A stretch of 64,000 nt of DNA from an uncultured Chitinophagales bacterium. Lineage in GTDB: Bacteria; Bacteroidota; Bacteroidia; Chitinophagales; UBA8649. The notes beneath the pieces were generated by a model. It searched no databases. It saw only the letters and a list, made by a program, of their open reading frames with translations, and was not told where the DNA came from. Location of the stretch: the NCBI GenBank assembly GCA_963932515.1, contig CAWVRT010000001.1, positions 44,214 to 108,213 on the forward strand, in the 5' to 3' direction. How positions within the stretch are numbered: the first letter of the stretch is position 1; every line of letters starts with the position of its first letter. The translations under genes were made by a program, and so were the position numbers. Below are positions 29,773 through 38,504 of the stretch, in pieces.

Positions 29773-31872
29773 CTAATATTCTCCAAAATATTTTCTAGTA
29801 AACCATTCTATAGATAACAGTAGGAGTACTAGATAGAATATCGCTTTTAAATTAATAATAGGGCGCGTTTTGAAACTTTCGTAAAGAGTAGTCTTTATAT
29901 CTTCTTTATTTAACACCAATTCTTTTAATTGATCTAGTTCATTTGGATAAAATACTTTTCCCCCTGTTTTTTCTGCTAACTGATATAAGACTTTGTGGTT
30001 CGCTTTTGTATGTAAAGCTTCTAAATGTAGCGCCTTTATACTAAAAGCACCTTCTGCTGAATATTTTTTATTATTAAAAGTAGTGTTTGCTAAGTAATTA
30101 TAATTACCTATTGGTAAACTAGTCGTTTTGATACTATAAGCATTGCTTGTTCTACTGAATACTAAAGGGAAGCTTTCTTTTTTCTCATTTAGTAAGACTA
30201 AAGAAACCGCTGGCGTGTTAATCAACTCATAGTTTTCATTATACAATTCTGCTTCAACTATTACTGCTTCGCCTTCATAAAACAAGTTTTTTGGACTAGC
30301 TACTCTAAATTTTCTTTTATCTGATTTTAGTACTAAATAATTAATCGTTTTTGTAAAAATCTCATTAAAAGCCGCTTTATTTTTGTTTTCTAAAAAGTCA
30401 TGAAGTTTCCATCGCCAAAGACCATCACCAATAAAAATAGCTGATTTTACACCAAAATTTTCACTAAAAGAAAGGATAGGATATGCTGTTTCTACAGCGC
30501 CAATTTGCTGAAATAATAAGGCGGTAGAATTTGCAACTGTTTTAAAGTTTCCAAAAGGAACCGCCAATGGAGGAAATCGGCTAAGTTTAATAACTGTGTT
30601 TGGATCTAAAGTAAAAATATTGAAATTTTGATTGTAAAAAGCAGTAGCCTCATTCCTATTTCCTGCACTAAGTGTAATGCTTACATTTTCTTGTAAAGTA
30701 TTCAATAGTTTATAATCCGTAACGGCTCCAGTAATTAGCCAATAAGGAATTTTCTCTTTCTTTATTTTTGAAAACACCTTGTTACTAGAAAAATTAGTAG
30801 AAGGAATTTGATGTAGAATAACTAAATTATAATCGCTTAAATTGGCAGAATAGTTTTTTAGATACTCAACTTTTACATCGAAATTTTTATTTAAAAAAAT
30901 ACTTTGTTTTAAAACGGCTAAATCTGGATGTGGTGCATTGGCTAGTATTAAAATCTTCTGCCTAGAGTCGATGACATCTATATAAAAATCACTGCTGTTG
31001 TTCTTATAAGTGATTTCTTTTTCTAAGTGAGAAACTTCAACAGAATATCTTTGAATACCGATATTATTTATCTTCAACTCAAAATTTGACACTTGTTCTG
31101 TATAGTTATTATTTATTTTTAGATTTTTGCTTTGCACTAAAATTTTCTTTCCCTTGAAGTGTTTAAATACAGATAATTTATAGCTTTCGGCATTCAAATT
31201 ATAAGATTCAATATTTACACCTACTTGCAAATCATCTCCTAAAAAACCTATTTTATTTGCTTTTACTTGTGTTACTTTCAAATCTCTTTGCCTACTCGTA
31301 TCTCCCAATGCAATAGCATATATTGGAAAAGAAAAATCGGTATACACCGGGTTTTGCCCTTCATTATAAATTCCGTCAGTAGCTAAAACAACTGCTCCTA
31401 CATTTCTGTTATAATAGTTTCCGTTTAGCTCGTTTAAAACATTAGAAATATTTGTCTTTTTATCTTTAAAATCTAAAGTCTTTTTTTTAGTGATTTTATC
31501 AGAAAATTGATAAAAATCTAATTGATATTTTTCGGAAAAAGCATTGTGAAGCTTATTTAAATCATTTATATATTTGGTGGAATCTACTTTTTTGAAGCCT
31601 AAGTTTATAGAAGAGCTGTTATCATGAGCTAGTACTATACTAGGCTGAACTTTATCTATAAAACGGGTTTTTATTAAAGGAGAAAGCAATAAAAAAGCCA
31701 ATACAGTACTACTTAAAAACCTAACAAAACTTAATCCTTTTTTTATGTGATTGAATTGGATAGAATCATCTGAAAAATCGGTTGATTTGTAGTATAAAAC
31801 AAATGCATAAACAAAGCCTAACAGTAAGCAAAAGCCTATAAACCAAATTGGGTATTGAAAGATAAATTCCAT
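29773..31872 (-). CDS. Membrane protein with BatA-type N-terminal double-TM segment, VWA-like domain and C-terminal TM anchor
   Basis: 699 aa. N-terminus MEFIFQYPIWFIGFCLLLGFVYAF..., a DxSxS-like LAHDNSSS, later VVLATDGIYNEG, and a final TM helix before ...RKYFGEY. Third gene of the BatD / TPR-SH3 string. Confidence 0.6.
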   Translation of the reverse strand: MEFIFQYPIWFIGFCLLLGFVYAFVLYYKSTDFSDDSIQFNHIKKGLSFVRFLSSTVLAFLLLSPLIKTRFIDKVQPSIVLAHDNSSSINLGFKKVDSTKYINDLNKLHNAFSEKYQLDFYQFSDKITKKKTLDFKDKKTNISNVLNELNGNYYNRNVGAVVLATDGIYNEGQNPVYTDFSFPIYAIALGDTSRQRDLKVTQVKANKIGFLGDDLQVGVNIESYNLNAESYKLSVFKHFKGKKILVQSKNLKINNNYTEQVSNFELKINNIGIQRYSVEVSHLEKEITYKNNSSDFYIDVIDSRQKILILANAPHPDLAVLKQSIFLNKNFDVKVEYLKNYSANLSDYNLVILHQIPSTNFSSNKVFSKIKKEKIPYWLITGAVTDYKLLNTLQENVSITLSAGNRNEATAFYNQNFNIFTLDPNTVIKLSRFPPLAVPFGNFKTVANSTALLFQQIGAVETAYPILSFSENFGVKSAIFIGDGLWRWKLHDFLENKNKAAFNEIFTKTINYLVLKSDKRKFRVASPKNLFYEGEAVIVEAELYNENYELINTPAVSLVLLNEKKESFPLVFSRTSNAYSIKTTSLPIGNYNYLANTTFNNKKYSAEGAFSIKALHLEALHTKANHKVLYQLAEKTGGKVFYPNELDQLKELVLNKEDIKTTLYESFKTRPIINLKAIFYLVLLLLSIEWFTRKYFGEY

Positions 31873-31937
31873 CTAGTGCGAAAATACTAATAAAGTATCA
31901 ATTATGATTTTTGTTAGAACTGATTTAAGTATTTACT

Positions 31938-32729
31938 TTAAACCTTTAAGAAATCTTCTAAACTTACCCAAACAGTAATTCCTTCAGTATTTATTACTTT
32001 GTAAAATCCATCTACTTGGTCCAATACTTCCAACTTAGTCCCTTCATGAAAAAGGATTTGATTGCCCGCATTTTTACTTGGGGCATCTTTCCCGTAAGAA
32101 GAGGCGTTAATTAAAACAATTTCTTCTATTTTAAAGATCTTTTCAGATTGAATTCCTGCAATTAGAATACTTAAAAGACTTACTATTCCAAATACAATGA
32201 ATTTAGAAAAGGCCGCTTTTTTAAACAATAAGTTTCTAGCAAATAAATAAAAACCAAAAGCTAAAACAGTAAACCAAGCAAAGCTAATAGCTATCCAAGC
32301 CCATATATTTGCAGAGAATAAATACTTTAATTTTTTCCACCAACTTGTAAATATCAAATCGGGTAAAACTTCTAGTTTATCTTCAATTTCAGTATTCGCT
32401 AATCGTAAATTATGAAAAGCGCTTTTATTTTGTGGGTTTATTTTTAAGGTCTTTTCATAATACAAAATACTCTTTCCTAATGCACCAGTTTTGTAGTAAG
32501 TATTTGCTAAATTGTAATATAAATTTTCTGACTTCGCTCCTTTCTCTACCACACTTTTATAAGATAATAAAGCTTCTGAAAACTGCTCTTTTTCATATAA
32601 TTCATTTGCTTTTTCGAAAACAGACTGATTACCCTCTTCTATAAGTAGACTACTTTCTGCAAAACAATAGTTAGCCAAAATAGAAAACAAAACGATATGT
32701 AAACTTTTAAACAATTTCACTTTCAACAT
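31938..32729 (-). CDS. TPR + SH3-like membrane protein (BatE-like)
   Basis: 263 aa. Signal peptide, TPR repeats (AELYEKEQFSEALLSYK..., YYNLANTYYKTGALGKSILYYEKTLKINP), TM helices, and a C-terminal SH3b-like GFYKVINTEGITVWV. Overlaps batD by 23 nt. Confidence 0.65.
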   Translation of the reverse strand: MLKVKLFKSLHIVLFSILANYCFAESSLLIEEGNQSVFEKANELYEKEQFSEALLSYKSVVEKGAKSENLYYNLANTYYKTGALGKSILYYEKTLKINPQNKSAFHNLRLANTEIEDKLEVLPDLIFTSWWKKLKYLFSANIWAWIAISFAWFTVLAFGFYLFARNLLFKKAAFSKFIVFGIVSLLSILIAGIQSEKIFKIEEIVLINASSYGKDAPSKNAGNQILFHEGTKLEVLDQVDGFYKVINTEGITVWVSLEDFLKV

Positions 32730-34542
32730 GTATGATTATTTCTTTTGCTTCATTAAAATCTTTCTGCATTTCTGCTTCTCCCATTGGTGAATAAACAGCC
32801 ATTTCACTTTTATTGATTAAGTTGATATAACGCGTTGATGTTTGTTCAGAAACTGTATTTACCAATAGTTTTTCTTGAATATTTTCTTTACTTAAATCTT
32901 CTGGCAGCATGTTTAATTTCAAAGAAACATAATCCCAAAGCGATCGAACAATTTCATTATAAAATGCTTTTTTATCATTTGCTTTTAAATATTCATTTGC
33001 TTTTTTCAGCTTAGACATTGCCAATTTATTTGCCTTTTTTCTATTGATAGCAACCAAATTTGGAGTGTAATTGTCTAATTTATACTTAGCCAATAATAAT
33101 AAAAATGCAAAGCCAATAGAACTAGACCAAAGCGACCAAAATGTTTTGCTGCCTATAAATTTATCTTCATAAAAAGCAATATCGTTTATACTTGTAATAT
33201 TCTTAATGTCAGCATCTAAAATAGTTTCGTCATTTGGATCTGGTATTTTTTCTTCAACATAATCAGCACTTGGTTCTACGTTTATTGTAAAGCCATCGGC
33301 ATAAATTGTATGGTATTTTTTACTACTTAAATCAAAATATGAAAATGGAATAGAATCAATATTGAAAATCCCTGGTTTGGTAGGAATCATTAAATAGTCA
33401 TACTTTTTAGAACCATTTATATAAGTAGATTTTTTAGAAATATATTCTTTTTCTTGCGGATCGTAAATTTCAAATTCTTCTGGCAAAACTAATTGCGGGG
33501 CATTAATCATCATGATATTTCCCGTTCCTGTAATTTTACTTTTTAAAGTAATTGCTTTACCTGTTTCGGTATTTACACTATCAACACTAGCAGAAAATTT
33601 GAAACGCCCTACTGCTCCAGTAAAATTTTCAGGAACATTTTCTGAAGGTAAAGGGTTTACTTTTATTTTAAGACCATTACTCTGAAATGGATATTCCTTA
33701 TTTTCGTAAGCGCCAAAAAATTGATCCCAAATAGAATTACTTTGAGATTTTTTTCTTAATTGAACCAAAGTAGCCAACTTTATTGGGCTCAAATTAAAAT
33801 CTCCTGCTCTCTGTGGAAACAAAGCATATTTATTAATCATCATGGTGTTAAACCAGACTCCGTCTACTTCTTCTTTTTCCCACTTATTTGCTTGTAACTT
33901 AAAATCATTCACCCAAAAACCTTTAAATTCTGGTAATTCTGTTACCTGAGTTTGAAAAGTTTGAACTCCTTGGTATAGTTTTAAATATAAGGTAACTTGC
34001 TCGCCAACATAAGGATTCTGCTTGTCGGTATACATTTTTACGTATAAGTTTTTAGCAATTTGCTCTTTCCAGTCTCCATTATCACTTGGTACTGTTTGTT
34101 GTCGCTGTTGTTGCCTGAGAGTGTTAGCATTGTTATGTTGCTGCTGAGCTTTATTTTTTTTCTGCCCTTTTTGCACCTTAACTTTAAAGCTTTTTGTTTT
34201 TAAAGTTTTTTTATCTACAGTTACACTGGCCACAGGAATATTAAATTCGCCTTCTTTACTTGCTTGTAAATAATAAGTATAAGATTTAGAACTAGTTGTT
34301 TTTCCGTTTACCCACGAATAATTACTCGATTGGCTAGGACCACCAACAATTTGGAAACCTGGATAAGTTTGCGGCATTTTAAAATTATTCCCCTTTCCAT
34401 TTTCCAATACAAAAGTAATGGCATAAGTTTCCCCTGTATAAGCAACCGTTTGCCCTTTGGCATAAAATTTTGCTTGAGAAAACACACTCACAAAACTTAG
34501 TAGAAAACTTAAAAGGATAATATTTTTAATCTGACATTTCAT
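32707..34542 (-). CDS. batD: BatD-family protein
   Basis: 611 aa. Signal peptide; repeated Ig-like modules with the ...GGPSQSSNYSWVNGKTTSSKSYTYYL..KEGEFNIP pattern; a Q-rich linker; and a C-terminal TM helix plus helical tail. Confidence 0.7.
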   Translation of the reverse strand: MKCQIKNIILLSFLLSFVSVFSQAKFYAKGQTVAYTGETYAITFVLENGKGNNFKMPQTYPGFQIVGGPSQSSNYSWVNGKTTSSKSYTYYLQASKEGEFNIPVASVTVDKKTLKTKSFKVKVQKGQKKNKAQQQHNNANTLRQQQRQQTVPSDNGDWKEQIAKNLYVKMYTDKQNPYVGEQVTLYLKLYQGVQTFQTQVTELPEFKGFWVNDFKLQANKWEKEEVDGVWFNTMMINKYALFPQRAGDFNLSPIKLATLVQLRKKSQSNSIWDQFFGAYENKEYPFQSNGLKIKVNPLPSENVPENFTGAVGRFKFSASVDSVNTETGKAITLKSKITGTGNIMMINAPQLVLPEEFEIYDPQEKEYISKKSTYINGSKKYDYLMIPTKPGIFNIDSIPFSYFDLSSKKYHTIYADGFTINVEPSADYVEEKIPDPNDETILDADIKNITSINDIAFYEDKFIGSKTFWSLWSSSIGFAFLLLLAKYKLDNYTPNLVAINRKKANKLAMSKLKKANEYLKANDKKAFYNEIVRSLWDYVSLKLNMLPEDLSKENIQEKLLVNTVSEQTSTRYINLINKSEMAVYSPMGEAEMQKDFNEAKEIIIHVESEIV

Positions 34543-34813
34543 TTATGAAACAAAACTAAGCATGAAATTTAAACTATGACAATAAAAACAGCTTTAATCA
34601 ATAGATTAATAATTTTTAACGATTTTAAAAGTTAGTGTACTCTTTTATTGATTTAGTATTTCTTCATTCTTCTCCTATACGTACCTTTTAGCAAAAAACA
34701 CTTCATTTTTTTACATTACGATAAACTAACTCCACATTTTTGTATAGAAAAGAGAATGTCTGTGTAATTTCATAAAAAACCTTTATCTTTAAATTTCAAA
34801 ATCCAAAAACAAA

Positions 34814-35680
34814 ATGAAATTTATAGATAATAATTCTGAAGCGAACTACAAAGAATTTAATTTTCAATTACACAACACTAATTTTTACGGTCAACTTTTT
34901 CAACCAGAAAAAATAGAAGCCGTTTTATTGGCGGTACATGGCATGGGAGAACACTCCGGAAGGTATGGCGGCCACTTTGCTAAAGCCTTTAATGATAAAA
35001 ATATTGCCGTAGTAAGTTATGATCAATTTGGCCATGGTAAAACAGAAGGAAAAAGAGGACATACACCTAGTTATGATGCCAATTTAGATTGTATATATAA
35101 AATGTTAGCAGAAATTCAAGGTTACTATGGAGATGAAATTTCAGTATTCTTATATGGACACAGTATGGGTGGTAATTTAGTTGCCAATTATGTATTGAGA
35201 AGGCAAAGTAGTATTAAAGGCGCAATCATTTCTAGCCCAATGTTACGTTTAGCATTCGATCCGCCTGCTTGGAAAATGAAAGTTGGTGGTTGGTTAAGAA
35301 ATATATATCCAACATTTACAGAAAAATCAGGCATAGAGCTTGCTGCCATTACTAGAGATAAAGCTGAACAAGAAAAATATGTCACAGATCCTTTAATTCA
35401 TGATAAAGTAACTATAAATTACACTTTACCATTTTTTGATGCTGGAGAATGGGCTATTAGAAATGCTGGGATTTTAAATAAAAAAGTTTTTATTTTTCAT
35501 GGCACAGGAGATAGAATTACCGATCATAATGCTTCAAAAGAATATGCTTTGACCGCTGATGGAAATGCAACTTTAAAATTATATGAAGGGGGGTATCATG
35601 AATTACATAATGATATTTGTAAAGAGGATGTATTGAAAGACATGACCAACTGGATTGAGTCATTTTACACGACAACTTAA
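34814..35680 (+). CDS. Alpha/beta hydrolase, lysophospholipase / monoacylglycerol-lipase-like
   Basis: 288 aa. HGMGEHSGRY, nucleophile elbow GHSMGG, and C-terminal GGYHELHND. Confidence 0.8.
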   Translation: MKFIDNNSEANYKEFNFQLHNTNFYGQLFQPEKIEAVLLAVHGMGEHSGRYGGHFAKAFNDKNIAVVSYDQFGHGKTEGKRGHTPSYDANLDCIYKMLAEIQGYYGDEISVFLYGHSMGGNLVANYVLRRQSSIKGAIISSPMLRLAFDPPAWKMKVGGWLRNIYPTFTEKSGIELAAITRDKAEQEKYVTDPLIHDKVTINYTLPFFDAGEWAIRNAGILNKKVFIFHGTGDRITDHNASKEYALTADGNATLKLYEGGYHELHNDICKEDVLKDMTNWIESFYTTT

Positions 35681-35756
35681 TGTTATAAAATAAACTTATT
35701 TGTTATTGTCTAAAACTATTTTAGTCTAAATAATTTACTTTCTCAATCATAAGAAC

Positions 35757-35764
35757 TATTTTTG
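35757..35764 (+). promoter_or_regulatory. -7 promoter box TATTTTTG
   Basis: Exact TAnnTTTG match, 8 nt upstream of the pcrA ATG at 35773. Confidence 0.45.
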
Positions 35765-35772
35765 AAACAGTT

Positions 35773-38055
35773 ATGAATTATTTAAAAGAATTAAATCCTC
35801 CTCAACGTGAAGCTGTAAGTTACACAGATGGACCCATGTTGATTATTGCTGGTCCTGGCTCAGGAAAAACAAGAGTTTTAACTTATCGTATTGCTTATTT
35901 AATAGAAAATGGTTTAGATCCGTTTTCAATACTTTCGTTAACCTTTACTAATAAGGCCGCTAAAGAAATGAGAGATAGAATTTCTAAGATTGTAGGTCCA
36001 CAAGCTAGAAATTTATTTATGGGAACTTTTCACTCTGTATTTGCTAGAATATTAAGAGTAGAAGCCCCAAGGTTAGGTTTCCCTTCAAACTTTACCATTT
36101 ATGACACGGTAGATGCTAAAAGTGTTATCAAAAATATTATTAAAGCACAAGGCTTAAACGATAAAATTTATAAAGTAAATCAAGTATATTATAGAATTTC
36201 TCAAGCAAAAAATGATCTAATAACAGCTCAAGATTATGCAAAAAATGAAAACTTTATTGCTGAAGATGCTGCTTCAGGAAAACCAAAACTAAATTTAATT
36301 TACACACTTTACGCGAAAAAATGTTTTGAGAATGGGGCTATGGACTTTGATGATTTATTAATCAATTTTTATAGAATGTTGAAATTATTCCCAGATGCTT
36401 TATACAAGTATCAGAATAGATTTAAATATATTTTGGTAGACGAGTTTCAAGATACCAATACGGCCCAATATGAAATACTAAAAATGCTTTCAGATATTCA
36501 TCATCAGATAACAGTTGTTGGAGATGATGCACAAAGTATTTATGCTTTTAGGGGCGCAACTATTACAAATATTCACAACTTTCAAAAAGATTTTCCTAGC
36601 ATGCACACCGTAAAGCTAGAGCAAAACTATAGAAGTACTAGTAATATTGTAAAAGCGGCAAACCATTTAATAAAAAACAATAGCAATCAGTTTGAAAAAG
36701 AAATCTGGACAGCACAAGATGCAGGAAAACCTATCCAAATTTTCAAAACGGTTAGTGATAATGAAGAAGGTAAAAGAGTTGCAGAGTTAATTTTCGAATT
36801 AAAAATGCAAGAACAATTAGCTTCAGATCAATTTGCTATTCTGTATAGAACCAACGCTCAGTCTAGGTCTATGGAGGAAGCTTTAAGAAGAAGAAATATT
36901 CCGTATAAAATTTATGGCGGCTTATCTTTTTATCAAAGAAAAGAAATAAAAGATTTAATTGCCTATATGCGTATGTTGGTAAATCCTAAAGAAGAGGAAG
37001 CCTTGCGCAGAATCATTAACTTTCCTAAAAGAGGAATTGGTGCGACTACTGTTGCAAAAATTACCGTATTAGCCAGTGAGAATAGAAAATCAATGTGGGA
37101 AGTTGTTGAAAGCATCAAAGAATATGGCTTCCCTTCTAGGGTAACGAATGCCATTGATGATTTCGCTACTTTAATCAAGAGTTTTCAAACTATGTTGGAA
37201 ACGCATAATGCGTATGATGTAGCTTTTCATATAGCTAAAACAACCAACATTTTAAAAGAAATGTATAACGATAAAACCGTTGAGGGAGTTAGTAGATATG
37301 AAAATATTCAAGAGCTTTTAAATGGTATTAAAGAGTTTGTTGAAGATGATGAAGTGATTGAAGGAGAGGAATTTGATAATGATAAAACATTAGGAACCTA
37401 TCTACAAAACATTACTTTACTAACCGGAGCAGACAACGATAAAGACGATACCCCAAAAGTGCAATTAATGACCATTCATGGCGCAAAAGGGTTGGAGTTT
37501 CCAGTAGTTTTTATTGTAGGAATGGAAGAGAGTTTATTTCCGTCTGCCATGGCTATGTATTCCAGAGAAGATCTAGAAGAGGAAAGAAGATTGTTTTATG
37601 TTGCAGTAACTAGAGCAGAAAAATACTTGTATATTTCTTTTGCAAAAACCAGGTATAAATTTGGAAATCTACAATTTTCTGAGCCAAGTAGGTTTTTAAA
37701 GGAAATTCCTAAGGAGTTAATAGAATTTAGAAATCAGCAGGCAAACATTCAAGAAAATGCTGTTCAGAAGAAAGAAATTCAACATAAAACTGGCTTAAAC
37801 TTACAAAATAAAAAGCCGCTGCTAAGGAAAAAGCCAACTACAAACTTCACTGCAAAAGTAGACCCAAACTTTAAACCTAGTCCAATGTCTGCTATTAAAG
37901 CAGGTTTAACTATTCAGCATCAAAAATTTGGAGAAGGGTTTATTAAAGAAATTTCAGGGGAAGGCACTCCAAATAAAATGGCTGTTATCGTGTTTGATAG
38001 TGTAGGCGAAAAGAAACTAATCTTGAAATTTGCTAAGTTGAAAGTAGTTGAATAA
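35773..38055 (+). CDS. pcrA: UvrD/PcrA-type ATP-dependent DNA helicase
   Basis: 760 aa. AGPGSGKTRVLT (motif I), VDEFQDTN (motif II), and the conserved LEQNYRS and TIHGAKGLEF motifs. Confidence 0.9.
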   Translation: MNYLKELNPPQREAVSYTDGPMLIIAGPGSGKTRVLTYRIAYLIENGLDPFSILSLTFTNKAAKEMRDRISKIVGPQARNLFMGTFHSVFARILRVEAPRLGFPSNFTIYDTVDAKSVIKNIIKAQGLNDKIYKVNQVYYRISQAKNDLITAQDYAKNENFIAEDAASGKPKLNLIYTLYAKKCFENGAMDFDDLLINFYRMLKLFPDALYKYQNRFKYILVDEFQDTNTAQYEILKMLSDIHHQITVVGDDAQSIYAFRGATITNIHNFQKDFPSMHTVKLEQNYRSTSNIVKAANHLIKNNSNQFEKEIWTAQDAGKPIQIFKTVSDNEEGKRVAELIFELKMQEQLASDQFAILYRTNAQSRSMEEALRRRNIPYKIYGGLSFYQRKEIKDLIAYMRMLVNPKEEEALRRIINFPKRGIGATTVAKITVLASENRKSMWEVVESIKEYGFPSRVTNAIDDFATLIKSFQTMLETHNAYDVAFHIAKTTNILKEMYNDKTVEGVSRYENIQELLNGIKEFVEDDEVIEGEEFDNDKTLGTYLQNITLLTGADNDKDDTPKVQLMTIHGAKGLEFPVVFIVGMEESLFPSAMAMYSREDLEEERRLFYVAVTRAEKYLYISFAKTRYKFGNLQFSEPSRFLKEIPKELIEFRNQQANIQENAVQKKEIQHKTGLNLQNKKPLLRKKPTTNFTAKVDPNFKPSPMSAIKAGLTIQHQKFGEGFIKEISGEGTPNKMAVIVFDSVGEKKLILKFAKLKVVE

Positions 38056-38400
38056 TTACCAATCATCCATTTTATTTTCTTCAAACAACACCTTTGTTAA
38101 AACTTCAATTTCACTTTTAACACCTTCATCTGTTTGTTGAAATAATTTATACTTTTTTTCTTATACCTTTTAATGTAGAGTTTCTCAAGGTCATATTTAA
38201 TTACTTCTGATTCTTTAATTGAGGCAGTTGAAACTCCATATCCCCAATAATAAACAGATACCGTAGCATTGGTTTTACGTTGTATAAATAAATTAGTGAA
38301 TTCATATTTAACTCGATTATCTTTAAAATATAATTTTAAAGTGTAAACTTCATCATAAATTTTAGTTCTAAAAAAGAAAGGAAAATACCATTTAGATTTA
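38056..38400 (-). pseudogene. Gene remnant: start-less, frameshifted small protein (DUF4468-like beta-rich fold)
   Basis: My minus-strand translation: ...KSKWYFPFFFRTKIYDEVYTLKLYFKDNRVKYEFTNLFIQRKTNATVSVYYWGYGVSTASIKESEVIKYDLEKLYIKRYKKK. Then, after a 1-nt frame change in the A7 run (plus-strand T-run 38153-38159), YKLFQQTDEGVKSEIEVLTKVLFEENKMDDW*. No ATG, GTG or TTG opens the upstream frame after its preceding stop. Confidence 0.4.
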
Positions 38401-38504
38401 ATGCAAAGATAATTTTATTTTAATTATATTCTAAAATAAAAATTTCACAAACCCACAATCAACTCATTCACAAATTATAATTTTCCTTACCTTCGCCCAA
38501 CATT

